Positions 25,184-34,573 of a DNA stretch of 64,000 nucleotides are shown here, in pieces; positions within the stretch are counted from its first letter, which is position 1; every line of letters starts with the position of its first letter. The translations under genes and the position numbers were made by a program. This DNA comes from a virus. The DNA is taken from IMG/VR virus record IMGVR_UViG_3300042402_007915, positions 32,001 to 96,000 of that record, one strand, 5' to 3'. The notes under the pieces are model-generated. The model was not told the DNA's origin. It saw only the letters and a list, made by a program, of their open reading frames with translations, and searched no databases.

Positions 25184-28100
25184 TGGCATTTGAATCGTTT
25201 AGGGGCCCAGACATTTGGAGCAGTGAAGAGGCTCCGAACTCAAATGCAAACCTGTACAACTCGGGACAGTTCGCCGTTGCTGCAGCAGTAGCCGGTGGGG
25301 GTCTTTACGCTGGGTACAAGTTTAACAATAACTCGATGTACCCAATGATTGAAGGTGCGTCAGATAAGTTTAGACGTATTGGTAACCTGACCCCCTTTCA
25401 GCTTGCGAACACTTTCCGTATCCCTGAGTTTTTGTCTTTCTTTACGTCAGCCCAGTACAAGAATCGGGTCCTAAATCTAAGTGGCAACGCTTCTCCTGTT
25501 TCAGGAGTAATTGAGTGGGGTCGTGATGCTCTACAGAACGAAGACACTGCCGATTACATTTCTAGTATTACCGGGAGAAGTAGGAATGAGTTGGCGGCTC
25601 TTGGGTTCGAGCCCACTCGTATCAAGAATCTTGTTGGTGCTGACAACGCCAAACTGTCTTGGGAAGCAACCGGTGCAGGCAGAGGACGGCTCTCGTTTGT
25701 TCAGAGCCTAAGTGGTGTAGAAAGTCGGGCTCTTCTTTCTGAGGACATTGCTGTCGGTGCTTTCTCTCATGAGGTTAATGCTGCTGCTGGCGGGCACAAG
25801 GGAGAAGTAAACAAGCTAACCGAAGGAATGATGCGGGCGGCTGGCGTTGGGGAACGAACCGACGACTCCGTCAACAAGATCCTAAGAAGTTATACCGCCT
25901 CTGGAAGTACTGCACCCTCGTTTATGCCAGTACCGTCCATGTTGGGAAGGCTTGATAGCTTTGAGGACCTAGCACGACGCAGTACGATCCTTCGAGGTAT
26001 CTACTCGTTCTCTGCAAACCGCTTTAATGAGCTTATGGAAACGTTCGTCGACACTATGGGCGGCGACAAGACCAAAGAGTTCATGCGGAATGTTTTGGGT
26101 GTTAATCCTAAAGTCAAAGGCGGTACCGCAAGCTCTCTTATAGCTCGTTATGCGGGTAGAGCAGCAGCTTTTGGAGGAGCTGTTCTTGCCGTTGACCAGC
26201 TCGATTGGTTTAGGCGTCAGCACTCCTTCGGCCAAGTCTTTTCCTCTGGGGTAATGTCTGCAGGCTTTGCCTATGCCGCCCAAAAGATGGGCCATACTAG
26301 AGTCGCCAAGTATGGGGCCGCTGCTACTTTCTTGGGTCAGTTGATCCTTCCCGGTTTTGATGAAGGTGTTGTACCTGGAGTAGCAAGTAGTCTTGCGTCC
26401 TTGGACGTAATAAGAGGCTCGCCCCTTAACCCAATGACCCACTACAGAAGGGCGGTGGAAGGTCTGCTCCCCGGATTTACTGGGTTTGAGTTTACTGCGC
26501 TTACAGGTGCAGCTGCCCTTCTTGCAACTTCTATTCGGTCTCCAATTAGCGGACAGACCTTAGCGGAGAAAATCTTCTCAAAGTACGGAAACATTGTAGG
26601 TGTCGGACATGGAAATATCGACAACTACTATGGCGTAAACAAAGAAGCTCTCAGCCCAAGAGATATCTACTGGAACAAGGTGTCAGAAGCTGTTGACCAG
26701 AAGGTAGGCGCTCCTATTGGAATGGAAAGAAGGACGCTAAAAGAACGAGCTCTGTTATTTAACCGGTTCGAAAAGCTGTTTGGTGCGGACGCAGACTTTA
26801 CTGCCAACTCACTATTCCAAGCAGCAGAGACCGAACACAAAGAGTTGATGCGGAACTCTTTCACTACTTCTGGTGGCATTAACAACCGAATGGTTGAAGC
26901 CTTACGTGGAGTCGCAAGCAAATACCAAGGTCAAGGCTTGGGCAAGAAAGTAATGATGAACGTAGAAGGGTTTGGCGTTCAGTTACTGTATTCGGTGTTT
27001 GGCGCGGACGCTTCTTACAACAAGGACATTAGATCTGCGATCAAAGGTTTGGGTTTTAAGGGACCGGTTGGTTCGTTTGGTAAGCTCCTGACCGTTGCTG
27101 GTGCAGGTATGGCCGCCCATTCTATTCTCTCGGGTAACCTGCTTGGTTCATTAGCAGGCTCTGAAGAGCTGTCTAGAATCTATTCAGGTGAACAGTTAGT
27201 TGAGGTGAAGAGTTCTAGGGCCTGGGAAGCTGGTGGTACTCCTTTTGAGGGAGGTGAAACTTCTTACTTCAGACCACACCAGTTAGCGTTGATGAGGAGT
27301 AGGGCAAGAGAGAAGGCGGTTTGGGGTGAGAATGAAGACGAGATTTCGCCTCTGAAGAAGTTCTTCATTAAGAACTTCACTTATGACCTCGAGAGAATGA
27401 ATTACTACAGGCGGCCTTATCAGATGACAGGGTCTGCATTCCAAGACGTCCCTATTGTTGGTGATATCTTGGCAGGCTCTGTTGGGCAGTTAATCAAGCG
27501 CGCAAGGCCGATGCATTTGGGTGAGTGGGTTCGTGAGGGCGAGTCCGGTTTGGAGTACGCCTCTTTGTTCAAGGGGGCAAAGGCCGAGCCGGCTTATGCG
27601 CTTGGGGCGCCTAAGCCTGGCGCTCCTGTCAGTCCGTTTGCAGCCGGTGAAATTGCCAAGCAGATGGTGTACCAGTTTAGAGAAATTGAAGGTATGACGG
27701 GATGGGCCAAGAACATCATCCAGCAGACGCTCACGGGTTCAGCTCAATGGGAGAACCCGGCTCAGTCTATTGCAACCTCAAACGAGATGGACTCGACAAA
27801 GCGTAACTTCTGGGAGATGAACTTAGGAGGCGCACTCTTCAGCAACGAAATCATGCGCCGTATCCTTCCTCCAGACAGACAGGGGTTAGTAAAACAAAAC
27901 GCAATTCGTAACGACATGCCTTACTGGTTGCCAGATAAATTCCACTATGGCGATCCATTCACACAGGTTGAATGGGGAGACGCAAGACTTCCAGGTGCAG
28001 GTTACGAGGCACTACATCCAGAACTAAGGGGAATGGACCCTAACGACTACCCACTAATTGCAAGGTACGCAATCTTGGGAGACGTAGCACCTACTTCATA

Positions 28101-29280
28101 CGAGTTTAACAAAACCCAAAGAGAGGTTTATAAGAAACGGTACGAAGGTGGTTACAACAAAGAGCAAGAGGTACTGATTGATACTGTAGCGGCTAATGCA
28201 GCATCAGTAATCTCAAAGCTGGATTTCAGAAGGAATGACCCTAACGCGTATAACACGGCACTGACACCGATAACAGGCGGCCTCTTCCATTCTCTCCTCT
28301 CGGTAGCAAGAGAAGTAGCAGCACCTGCTGAGTACTTATTCCCAATGGGTTTCCGCCCAATGCAGAAACTTACTGGACAACTAAGAACCCCAATTGAAGA
28401 GTACGAACACAGAAGAATGTACGGAACAAATATGGCCTTCTGGGATAAGCCAATCCGAGACTGGTTCCGTCCTGCTGCTTACAGTGCTGCTCACCTTGCG
28501 GGCTTTGATGGGAAGCCTGGCTGGAGAACAGAAGCAGATGCGGCGTCTCAAAGATTCGACCAAATTGAATTTGTAAAGTGGATGCGTCTTGCACAGACAG
28601 CTAAAGAAAATGGTCTCAAGAATGAAGAGAACCAATACCTCTGGGCTGCTCAGCAGACCCGCGCAGGAGTAAACCCTCAAGGCTCCCCCCTTGCCATTTA
28701 CTGGGCTCTCCCTGCCGAGGACAGAGCCTTTATGGACGCGTTCGCAAGGGCTGCACCTACTGAGAGGGGACGTATCCTAGAAATGGTTCCTAAGGACCAG
28801 CAGCACCTCTACAAGGCCTTGTGGAGTCGACTCGACAGTGGAGATCCAACAGTCCAGTACCCGACAAGTGCCAAGGTAGACGGCTTAGCCTTAGCACAAA
28901 AAGCAGCAGTCCTCGAGCAACAAATAGCTATGCCCAAAGAAGACTGGATTGGCTGGAATCAAGAAGTGGATATTTCAGACATTAAAGTACGCTATGCTCA
29001 AAACCATGCACTTGATCTTCAAGACTATGGCATGTGGGACAAGCAGCTTAAAAAGTCTTATAACCAGTCCTTTCTTGATGGAGCTGAACTAGAAGTGCCT
29101 GTGCCAAGTGCAATCATGGCGCAAGAGATTCGAAACAGCCTTTCATCAATGGGGGGGCCGCTAAATTCGAACTATACAGTCAATACCACGTACGGTATGT
29201 CTAGGGCAAAGATTGCTGTTAACGATGACAGAGAAGGCGCTATTCAAAGGTTAAGAAGGGAGGCTAACTATGGGCTTTGA
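25183..29280 (+). CDS. Tape-measure-like giant tail protein
   Basis: 1365 aa; GTG start with GGAGG SD; canonical position after the chaperones; helical, Ala/Gly-rich, several hydrophobic segments. Confidence 0.65.
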   Translation: MAFESFRGPDIWSSEEAPNSNANLYNSGQFAVAAAVAGGGLYAGYKFNNNSMYPMIEGASDKFRRIGNLTPFQLANTFRIPEFLSFFTSAQYKNRVLNLSGNASPVSGVIEWGRDALQNEDTADYISSITGRSRNELAALGFEPTRIKNLVGADNAKLSWEATGAGRGRLSFVQSLSGVESRALLSEDIAVGAFSHEVNAAAGGHKGEVNKLTEGMMRAAGVGERTDDSVNKILRSYTASGSTAPSFMPVPSMLGRLDSFEDLARRSTILRGIYSFSANRFNELMETFVDTMGGDKTKEFMRNVLGVNPKVKGGTASSLIARYAGRAAAFGGAVLAVDQLDWFRRQHSFGQVFSSGVMSAGFAYAAQKMGHTRVAKYGAAATFLGQLILPGFDEGVVPGVASSLASLDVIRGSPLNPMTHYRRAVEGLLPGFTGFEFTALTGAAALLATSIRSPISGQTLAEKIFSKYGNIVGVGHGNIDNYYGVNKEALSPRDIYWNKVSEAVDQKVGAPIGMERRTLKERALLFNRFEKLFGADADFTANSLFQAAETEHKELMRNSFTTSGGINNRMVEALRGVASKYQGQGLGKKVMMNVEGFGVQLLYSVFGADASYNKDIRSAIKGLGFKGPVGSFGKLLTVAGAGMAAHSILSGNLLGSLAGSEELSRIYSGEQLVEVKSSRAWEAGGTPFEGGETSYFRPHQLALMRSRAREKAVWGENEDEISPLKKFFIKNFTYDLERMNYYRRPYQMTGSAFQDVPIVGDILAGSVGQLIKRARPMHLGEWVREGESGLEYASLFKGAKAEPAYALGAPKPGAPVSPFAAGEIAKQMVYQFREIEGMTGWAKNIIQQTLTGSAQWENPAQSIATSNEMDSTKRNFWEMNLGGALFSNEIMRRILPPDRQGLVKQNAIRNDMPYWLPDKFHYGDPFTQVEWGDARLPGAGYEALHPELRGMDPNDYPLIARYAILGDVAPTSYEFNKTQREVYKKRYEGGYNKEQEVLIDTVAANAASVISKLDFRRNDPNAYNTALTPITGGLFHSLLSVAREVAAPAEYLFPMGFRPMQKLTGQLRTPIEEYEHRRMYGTNMAFWDKPIRDWFRPAAYSAAHLAGFDGKPGWRTEADAASQRFDQIEFVKWMRLAQTAKENGLKNEENQYLWAAQQTRAGVNPQGSPLAIYWALPAEDRAFMDAFARAAPTERGRILEMVPKDQQHLYKALWSRLDSGDPTVQYPTSAKVDGLALAQKAAVLEQQIAMPKEDWIGWNQEVDISDIKVRYAQNHALDLQDYGMWDKQLKKSYNQSFLDGAELEVPVPSAIMAQEIRNSLSSMGGPLNSNYTVNTTYGMSRAKIAVNDDREGAIQRLRREANYGL

Positions 29281-32200
29281 TCCATTCACAAGAATGCAAG
29301 AGAAGAAGGAAAGGACTACAGACGGCTTTGCGGTCGCCGCTAGTCTTGCGCCTGCTGTGGGCGTGGCAAGCTATCTTTGGAAGCAGCAAGTGAAGAACGG
29401 CCCCATTAATCCTGTCTCCTCTCTAGGTCTGAAGAATGACACTTCTGACTTCGGTAGAGAACTTGGTAAGGCCCTAAAGCCAAAAGAAAAAAAGGAAGCA
29501 GCAATAAAGGCCTTCCTGGAAGGAGATGCTTTTGCCAAGGTAGTTAGTAAAGCCCAAGACAGAAGAGCCTTAATTCAGTCTGTACTGATTGGACTGGACG
29601 CTGATGAGCTTGGAGTCGACAAGGGAGCCCTTGCTGACCTAAAGGACAAACTTCTTAAAATCGGTGAATTGGACCAAGACGACCTTGCCGATGACCTGAT
29701 TCGTCCTCTCAGGGAGGTCATTGATACGCTTAACACCTCTGGTAACGATTCCATGAGGAGTAAAGTGGCCGAGAACTTCCAGGAGCTAAAAGCGTTCAAG
29801 AAGAAGATTGTTCCGGCCAAGCCTTTTGGCAGTCGTCCCTCTTCGACGAGTTTCAGGGTGCTGGATCAAAGCGCTCTAACTAACTTTGACACCTTCAGGA
29901 CTCAAGTTAGGTCTGCCGGTGCAAACGCAGGAGACGAAGAGCTTTCAAGAATCTTCAATGACCAAGTTGGAAGCATTAAACGGTTTATCGGTACGAATCT
30001 CGATAATGCTCAGCTAGTCGTTGTCGACGCTGCAGCTGGTGTTAAGTCACTAAACCTTAGAATCATGCAGGGTACTAAGGGGAACATGAGACCGGTTATG
30101 AACCTGCCAGTAGCGTTCAACCTCGGCAACACCGATGCGTCGATGCCTAACATCACAAGAATGGGGCGTGACTTTGCTACAGGGTACTTTGTTCCGCAAG
30201 GCGTTATCGACACAAGAGAAATCTTGCATCAGCTTAAGGAGGGAAAGATCACTCCGGGTAACGTAAAGGGTGTTCAGTCGAATATGAAAAGCTTCGGCAG
30301 CTATGCTCTTGGCTTACTAGAAGAACACTTTGAAATGACCCCGAGTGGAAGACTGAAGTCTCGACTTGGCACCACCAACAAAAAAGCACAGTCTGAAATG
30401 TTTGCAGTGCTAAATGCGAACATGGAGAACATGCCTAGGTCTCTGTCTGCGACTCTAGAATCGAATGAAGCTCAGGCCGAATACCAGTCTCATGTTAAAA
30501 AGCGTGCTGGTGCTAAACACAAGACTGTTTTGCTGACTCATGGTGAAGCTCTTACAGATGCTGACTTCAACTATGTGCATACTTCCTTGATTGGTGGAGA
30601 TTCTCCTTTTGACCCTGGTGTTGGTGCTTCTCGTTTGCAGAACATAATTGGTGGTCGCAAGTTTGGTTTGCTTCAGTTGTCGAGTCATTCTGTTCATAGT
30701 CGTTACAGATTGCCGTTTAAGGTGTCGCGTAAAGACGCGCCACTTATTGCTCGACAGGAGCAGGTAGAAGGTCGTATTGGTCAGTTCATTGCTCGAGGTG
30801 GAAAGGAAAACAATCCGACTATCAGAGGCGGACTGACTCTGGGAGAAGAGACAGCCTCTCCTATCCTTGAGGGAATGACGGGACACAAGAACGTACTTGT
30901 TGCAGTTGACGTCACAATGGGAAAAGGAAAGGGCGCTTATTCTGCGGCAGAAAATGAAGGTCAGTACTTTGTTCCAAAGAACAAAGGAGCAGGTCTTGGT
31001 GCCTACATCACAGAGAGCACAATCCCGCTACTCGACCCCGAAGAACACAAGCTTATGTCTTCAGAGCTACTCGAACAATTAAAGGCAGATTTCGAGGCAG
31101 GAAAGCCGCCGCGTTATTTCACGCTTGAAGAGATCGGCAAGCTTAACGGATATCTTGGTCACTCAACGCTTGGTAACAGGACTGTAAGGATTGATCCTCG
31201 TATGCTCGGCGCGTATATGGGTATTGCAGAGACAACAAGTGCTTCTGGAAAGAAGCAAATTCACCTGACATCTCGAGCTGTTAGAAAGGCTAGCGCAGGC
31301 AAAGTCTTCTCCACCTCGACAGTAAAAGGAACTTATAGAGCAACGAGAACTGCTTCTATCCGGCGAGATCTATCTACTTATGGTAGGACTAACTTGGTAG
31401 ACGGAAGACTTGTCAGAGAAGACGTATTCGACCGCATTCTCACTGACGTAAGTGGTGTAAAAAGCGGAGCCGGCCTAAACATCAAGGGTTCGTTTATCAC
31501 GGGCTCTGGAGACGTGCTGAAGAAGTCTGCTGCAAACAGGGCCAACTTCCTATTGACCTCCGCCGCTGTCTCTCTAGGTCAAAAGCACTCCAACCTCCTT
31601 CATGAAATGACTGGTAAAGTAAGCAGCTCGGAAGAACACTCCAGTTACCTGTTTAACAAGATTGCCACAGCTTTCGAAGCGGGACAAATCTCGGAAAGCC
31701 AAGCAGCCAATAGCTTATCTCTACCTTGGTGGGGAGGAGGCAGAGGAACAGGTAAAGGCGCTTACGCTCCGGAAATGAAGTCTATCGCAGATGAAATGCT
31801 TAAGCGTTCGCAAGAGACTACAGAGCAAGGAAAGAAGTGGGCTGCCCTGCTTGAGCTAACAGAAAAAGGACTTCAGGTAGGTGTGGATACTGTCACGCAG
31901 GGTACGGGACACGGAGATTACGGACTGGGTCGCGCATCTATTGAACCGAGAGCAATCGGGTTCATTCGCATGTCTCTCCAGGACATGGGTTTTGACAGCA
32001 AGCAGCAGGTTAACTTCATGCGAGAGATCCTCTCCAGAAAAGTAGGTGGAACCGCAACCCGTAGAACCCTTGAAGGCCTTACGACTGTAATGGCTTCGCA
32101 GATCTCTGCTCCAATTGATGGCGCAAGCAAGATGCCTTCATTCACGGTCAATCAGTTGCTCAAAGAGGCCAATACGCCTACCGAATTCAAAGAGTTAATG

Positions 32201-34573
32201 CGTAAAAACGAGAACGGCTTCTTTATCGATTTTAACAACGAGGAAGACCTCAATAGTTCAATCTTCAGAGAGGCAGCCCGCGAGAAGTACGGCAATGATA
32301 GACGCGTTTTCATTGCTGGAAAGCGTACTATTGAGAATATGAAGGGGACCGAGATCAAGCAGTCCAACCAGACAGTCAAGGTTGCCTCTGCGTACGAAGA
32401 GATGTCTTCCGAGTTCTTCTCGCAGATTAAGCAGCTTACGTCTAACTCTGACAATACAACCGTTGGCGATGTAATTAAGACGATGGACAGCTACAAACAG
32501 CAGACCACGCGTCTCTACACGTCGACTTTGCACCAGGTTACTCGTGGCAAGATCAAGGGCAATACTATGGGTATTGTCCACTTTACTGGTACTGAATACG
32601 ATATGGAGACAGCTACTGGAACCCAGAGAATGAAGATGGCTCTGAGTTCAACGCAGAGCGCCTATCAACGTGCCGCCGAAGAAGCCACCAAGAAACAAGT
32701 TGTATTTAGAGATACCCTTCAGTTCCTAAACAATCTTACGGACTACATGAACGTAACAAAAGACAAGGGTGAGCTTGGGGCCTCGCTTCGTAATTTTGCA
32801 TTGGAAAGTGCTCAGCTGCTTCGAGACAGTAAAGCTGGCGTTGCTACTACTGCTCAAGGTGAATGGGGCCTTATTGCTCGTGCCCCTGCTCTTGCTGCTG
32901 GTAACTTCAGGCTCATGGCCTCGTTTAGGTCTCCGCATGAAATGAACGAGAGCGTAGATCCCCTATTCCGAATGATTAAGGATTCAAAGTCAGCACGTAA
33001 AATACTTCACAAGTTTGAAGAAGACGCAGGCCTTGTGACTGTTACCGAGAAGAAAGTCACCAACAAGAAAGGCGAAGAAGTCGTCAAGCAAATCCGAAAG
33101 GGCACCCCAGTAGAAAGCTTTGATCAGCTACTTGACCTTGAGAAACAGCATCCTAACTTAGTTCGGACACTGTTTGAGGACTTCGCTGCAAACCTTAGAC
33201 AGTGGAATAGAGGTACCGGCGGCGGCTCTGTATTCATCGTCAAGGATATGGCGAACGCAAAGATTGACGGTAAAGTGAGGCCAGTGGATCTTGGTTTCGC
33301 TACTGGATCTCTTGCGGACGCAGACGGTGACTGGGCCTCTTTCATGACGCTGTCTAAAGAGCAGCGGAAAGTGATTGCAGCTAAGATGGCAGATCCAACT
33401 TCAGCTGCAGCGTATATTGCAGCACAGCAAGACCAAACTATTGCGTCAAGCGTATACGCAGAGTACGCAAAGAAAGGGCTTGTTTCGACTGGTGTCCTTA
33501 ACGAAACCTCAGATGAAATCCTGCGGAAGGACTTACTCAAGGAAAAGACTTCGGCTTCGGGCACCGGTAGCGTTGACGTTGCGTTGAACAAACTTCGTAA
33601 TGCAAGCCTTGCTTTCCAAACTGAAGACCCTCGTTTGCTTAGGGAAATGGTTCCGCTTTTTCAGATGCTGGAAGAGCACACTACGATTAAGTCTAAGAAG
33701 CTTGCAGACTTCAAGCCATGGGCAGAGCGTCTTTCCGCGTCTGTTGACGAAGCATTTCGTAGAGACAATATCGCTCCTTTTGCTAACTTCCTAAAGACAG
33801 AGATCTTTCCAGAAGCTGACATGAAGGAGCTTTACGCAGGCTTTGACGTTGAAGCAAGCGGGAGAACTACTCGCATTGAAGGTTTGGATGCAATCTTTGG
33901 TTACCTGCAAAAAGCCATCGTAAATGCCAAAGCGAATAAAATCGACCTTATGGCTACACCGAACATTGCAGCAACAACACTCGCTGGTGATGAAGTTGGT
34001 GTCGCAAGAGAATTGTTTGCCGCCATCACTTCAGGCAAAGCAACGATGCAAAGCGGTATGGCTGCTGAGTTCTTCGGAGACAGGGCTAACCAGAACTTAG
34101 CTAAAGCAGAAGTGCTGAGACAGGCCGCATCTAACCTGATGGACAAGATAGATGTTCGTGGTGCAGGGCTTGCTGTTGGGGCCCTTGCTTTGGGGGCTAT
34201 TACTGTAGGTGCTGTATCAGGCGGCGCCACCTCTTCTCCTCTCATGGTAGAAGGTGAGATGCCTGTTGCAGGGCTTAACAGAGCAGTTTCTGATGGTTTC
34301 CTAGAGGGAAGTGAAGCTCGTGGGATGAGTGGTGGGCCCATGTCAGACGTATATGACATGACAAACACTCCTCAAGGTCATGGTGTGACTTACATGTCAG
34401 GTGGGGCTGGGTTTGACATTAGAGGCGCGACCAGTTCCTTGGCCAACACTGAGACCAGTAGGGCTTTCATCAATTTAGTAACAAAAGGAAATGCTAGAGG
34501 TTCTGTTGTTATCAATGATACAAGAAGGCCTATTACGCCAAACTACTTGGATCGTCTTAACGGAGAATACTAA
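29270..34573 (+). CDS. Putative single-chain two-barrel (beta+beta'-like) virion RNA polymerase with tape-measure-like termini
   Basis: In order: GHKNVLVAV..ENEG (E563), GK678VFSTSTVK686GT, RGK1094, R1204APAL, AD1350AD1352GD1354 and a bridge-helix-like R1419KDLLKEKTSASG; GGAGG SD. Confidence 0.8.
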   Translation: MGFDPFTRMQEKKERTTDGFAVAASLAPAVGVASYLWKQQVKNGPINPVSSLGLKNDTSDFGRELGKALKPKEKKEAAIKAFLEGDAFAKVVSKAQDRRALIQSVLIGLDADELGVDKGALADLKDKLLKIGELDQDDLADDLIRPLREVIDTLNTSGNDSMRSKVAENFQELKAFKKKIVPAKPFGSRPSSTSFRVLDQSALTNFDTFRTQVRSAGANAGDEELSRIFNDQVGSIKRFIGTNLDNAQLVVVDAAAGVKSLNLRIMQGTKGNMRPVMNLPVAFNLGNTDASMPNITRMGRDFATGYFVPQGVIDTREILHQLKEGKITPGNVKGVQSNMKSFGSYALGLLEEHFEMTPSGRLKSRLGTTNKKAQSEMFAVLNANMENMPRSLSATLESNEAQAEYQSHVKKRAGAKHKTVLLTHGEALTDADFNYVHTSLIGGDSPFDPGVGASRLQNIIGGRKFGLLQLSSHSVHSRYRLPFKVSRKDAPLIARQEQVEGRIGQFIARGGKENNPTIRGGLTLGEETASPILEGMTGHKNVLVAVDVTMGKGKGAYSAAENEGQYFVPKNKGAGLGAYITESTIPLLDPEEHKLMSSELLEQLKADFEAGKPPRYFTLEEIGKLNGYLGHSTLGNRTVRIDPRMLGAYMGIAETTSASGKKQIHLTSRAVRKASAGKVFSTSTVKGTYRATRTASIRRDLSTYGRTNLVDGRLVREDVFDRILTDVSGVKSGAGLNIKGSFITGSGDVLKKSAANRANFLLTSAAVSLGQKHSNLLHEMTGKVSSSEEHSSYLFNKIATAFEAGQISESQAANSLSLPWWGGGRGTGKGAYAPEMKSIADEMLKRSQETTEQGKKWAALLELTEKGLQVGVDTVTQGTGHGDYGLGRASIEPRAIGFIRMSLQDMGFDSKQQVNFMREILSRKVGGTATRRTLEGLTTVMASQISAPIDGASKMPSFTVNQLLKEANTPTEFKELMRKNENGFFIDFNNEEDLNSSIFREAAREKYGNDRRVFIAGKRTIENMKGTEIKQSNQTVKVASAYEEMSSEFFSQIKQLTSNSDNTTVGDVIKTMDSYKQQTTRLYTSTLHQVTRGKIKGNTMGIVHFTGTEYDMETATGTQRMKMALSSTQSAYQRAAEEATKKQVVFRDTLQFLNNLTDYMNVTKDKGELGASLRNFALESAQLLRDSKAGVATTAQGEWGLIARAPALAAGNFRLMASFRSPHEMNESVDPLFRMIKDSKSARKILHKFEEDAGLVTVTEKKVTNKKGEEVVKQIRKGTPVESFDQLLDLEKQHPNLVRTLFEDFAANLRQWNRGTGGGSVFIVKDMANAKIDGKVRPVDLGFATGSLADADGDWASFMTLSKEQRKVIAAKMADPTSAAAYIAAQQDQTIASSVYAEYAKKGLVSTGVLNETSDEILRKDLLKEKTSASGTGSVDVALNKLRNASLAFQTEDPRLLREMVPLFQMLEEHTTIKSKKLADFKPWAERLSASVDEAFRRDNIAPFANFLKTEIFPEADMKELYAGFDVEASGRTTRIEGLDAIFGYLQKAIVNAKANKIDLMATPNIAATTLAGDEVGVARELFAAITSGKATMQSGMAAEFFGDRANQNLAKAEVLRQAASNLMDKIDVRGAGLAVGALALGAITVGAVSGGATSSPLMVEGEMPVAGLNRAVSDGFLEGSEARGMSGGPMSDVYDMTNTPQGHGVTYMSGGAGFDIRGATSSLANTETSRAFINLVTKGNARGSVVINDTRRPITPNYLDRLNGEY

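Noticed and set aside
33311-33331. LADADGD read as a LAGLIDADG homing-endonuclease motif or an EF-hand-like Ca-binding loop
   Set aside because: The LAGLIDADG helix context and DxDxDG repeats are missing, while the flanking ordered RNAP motifs explain it better.
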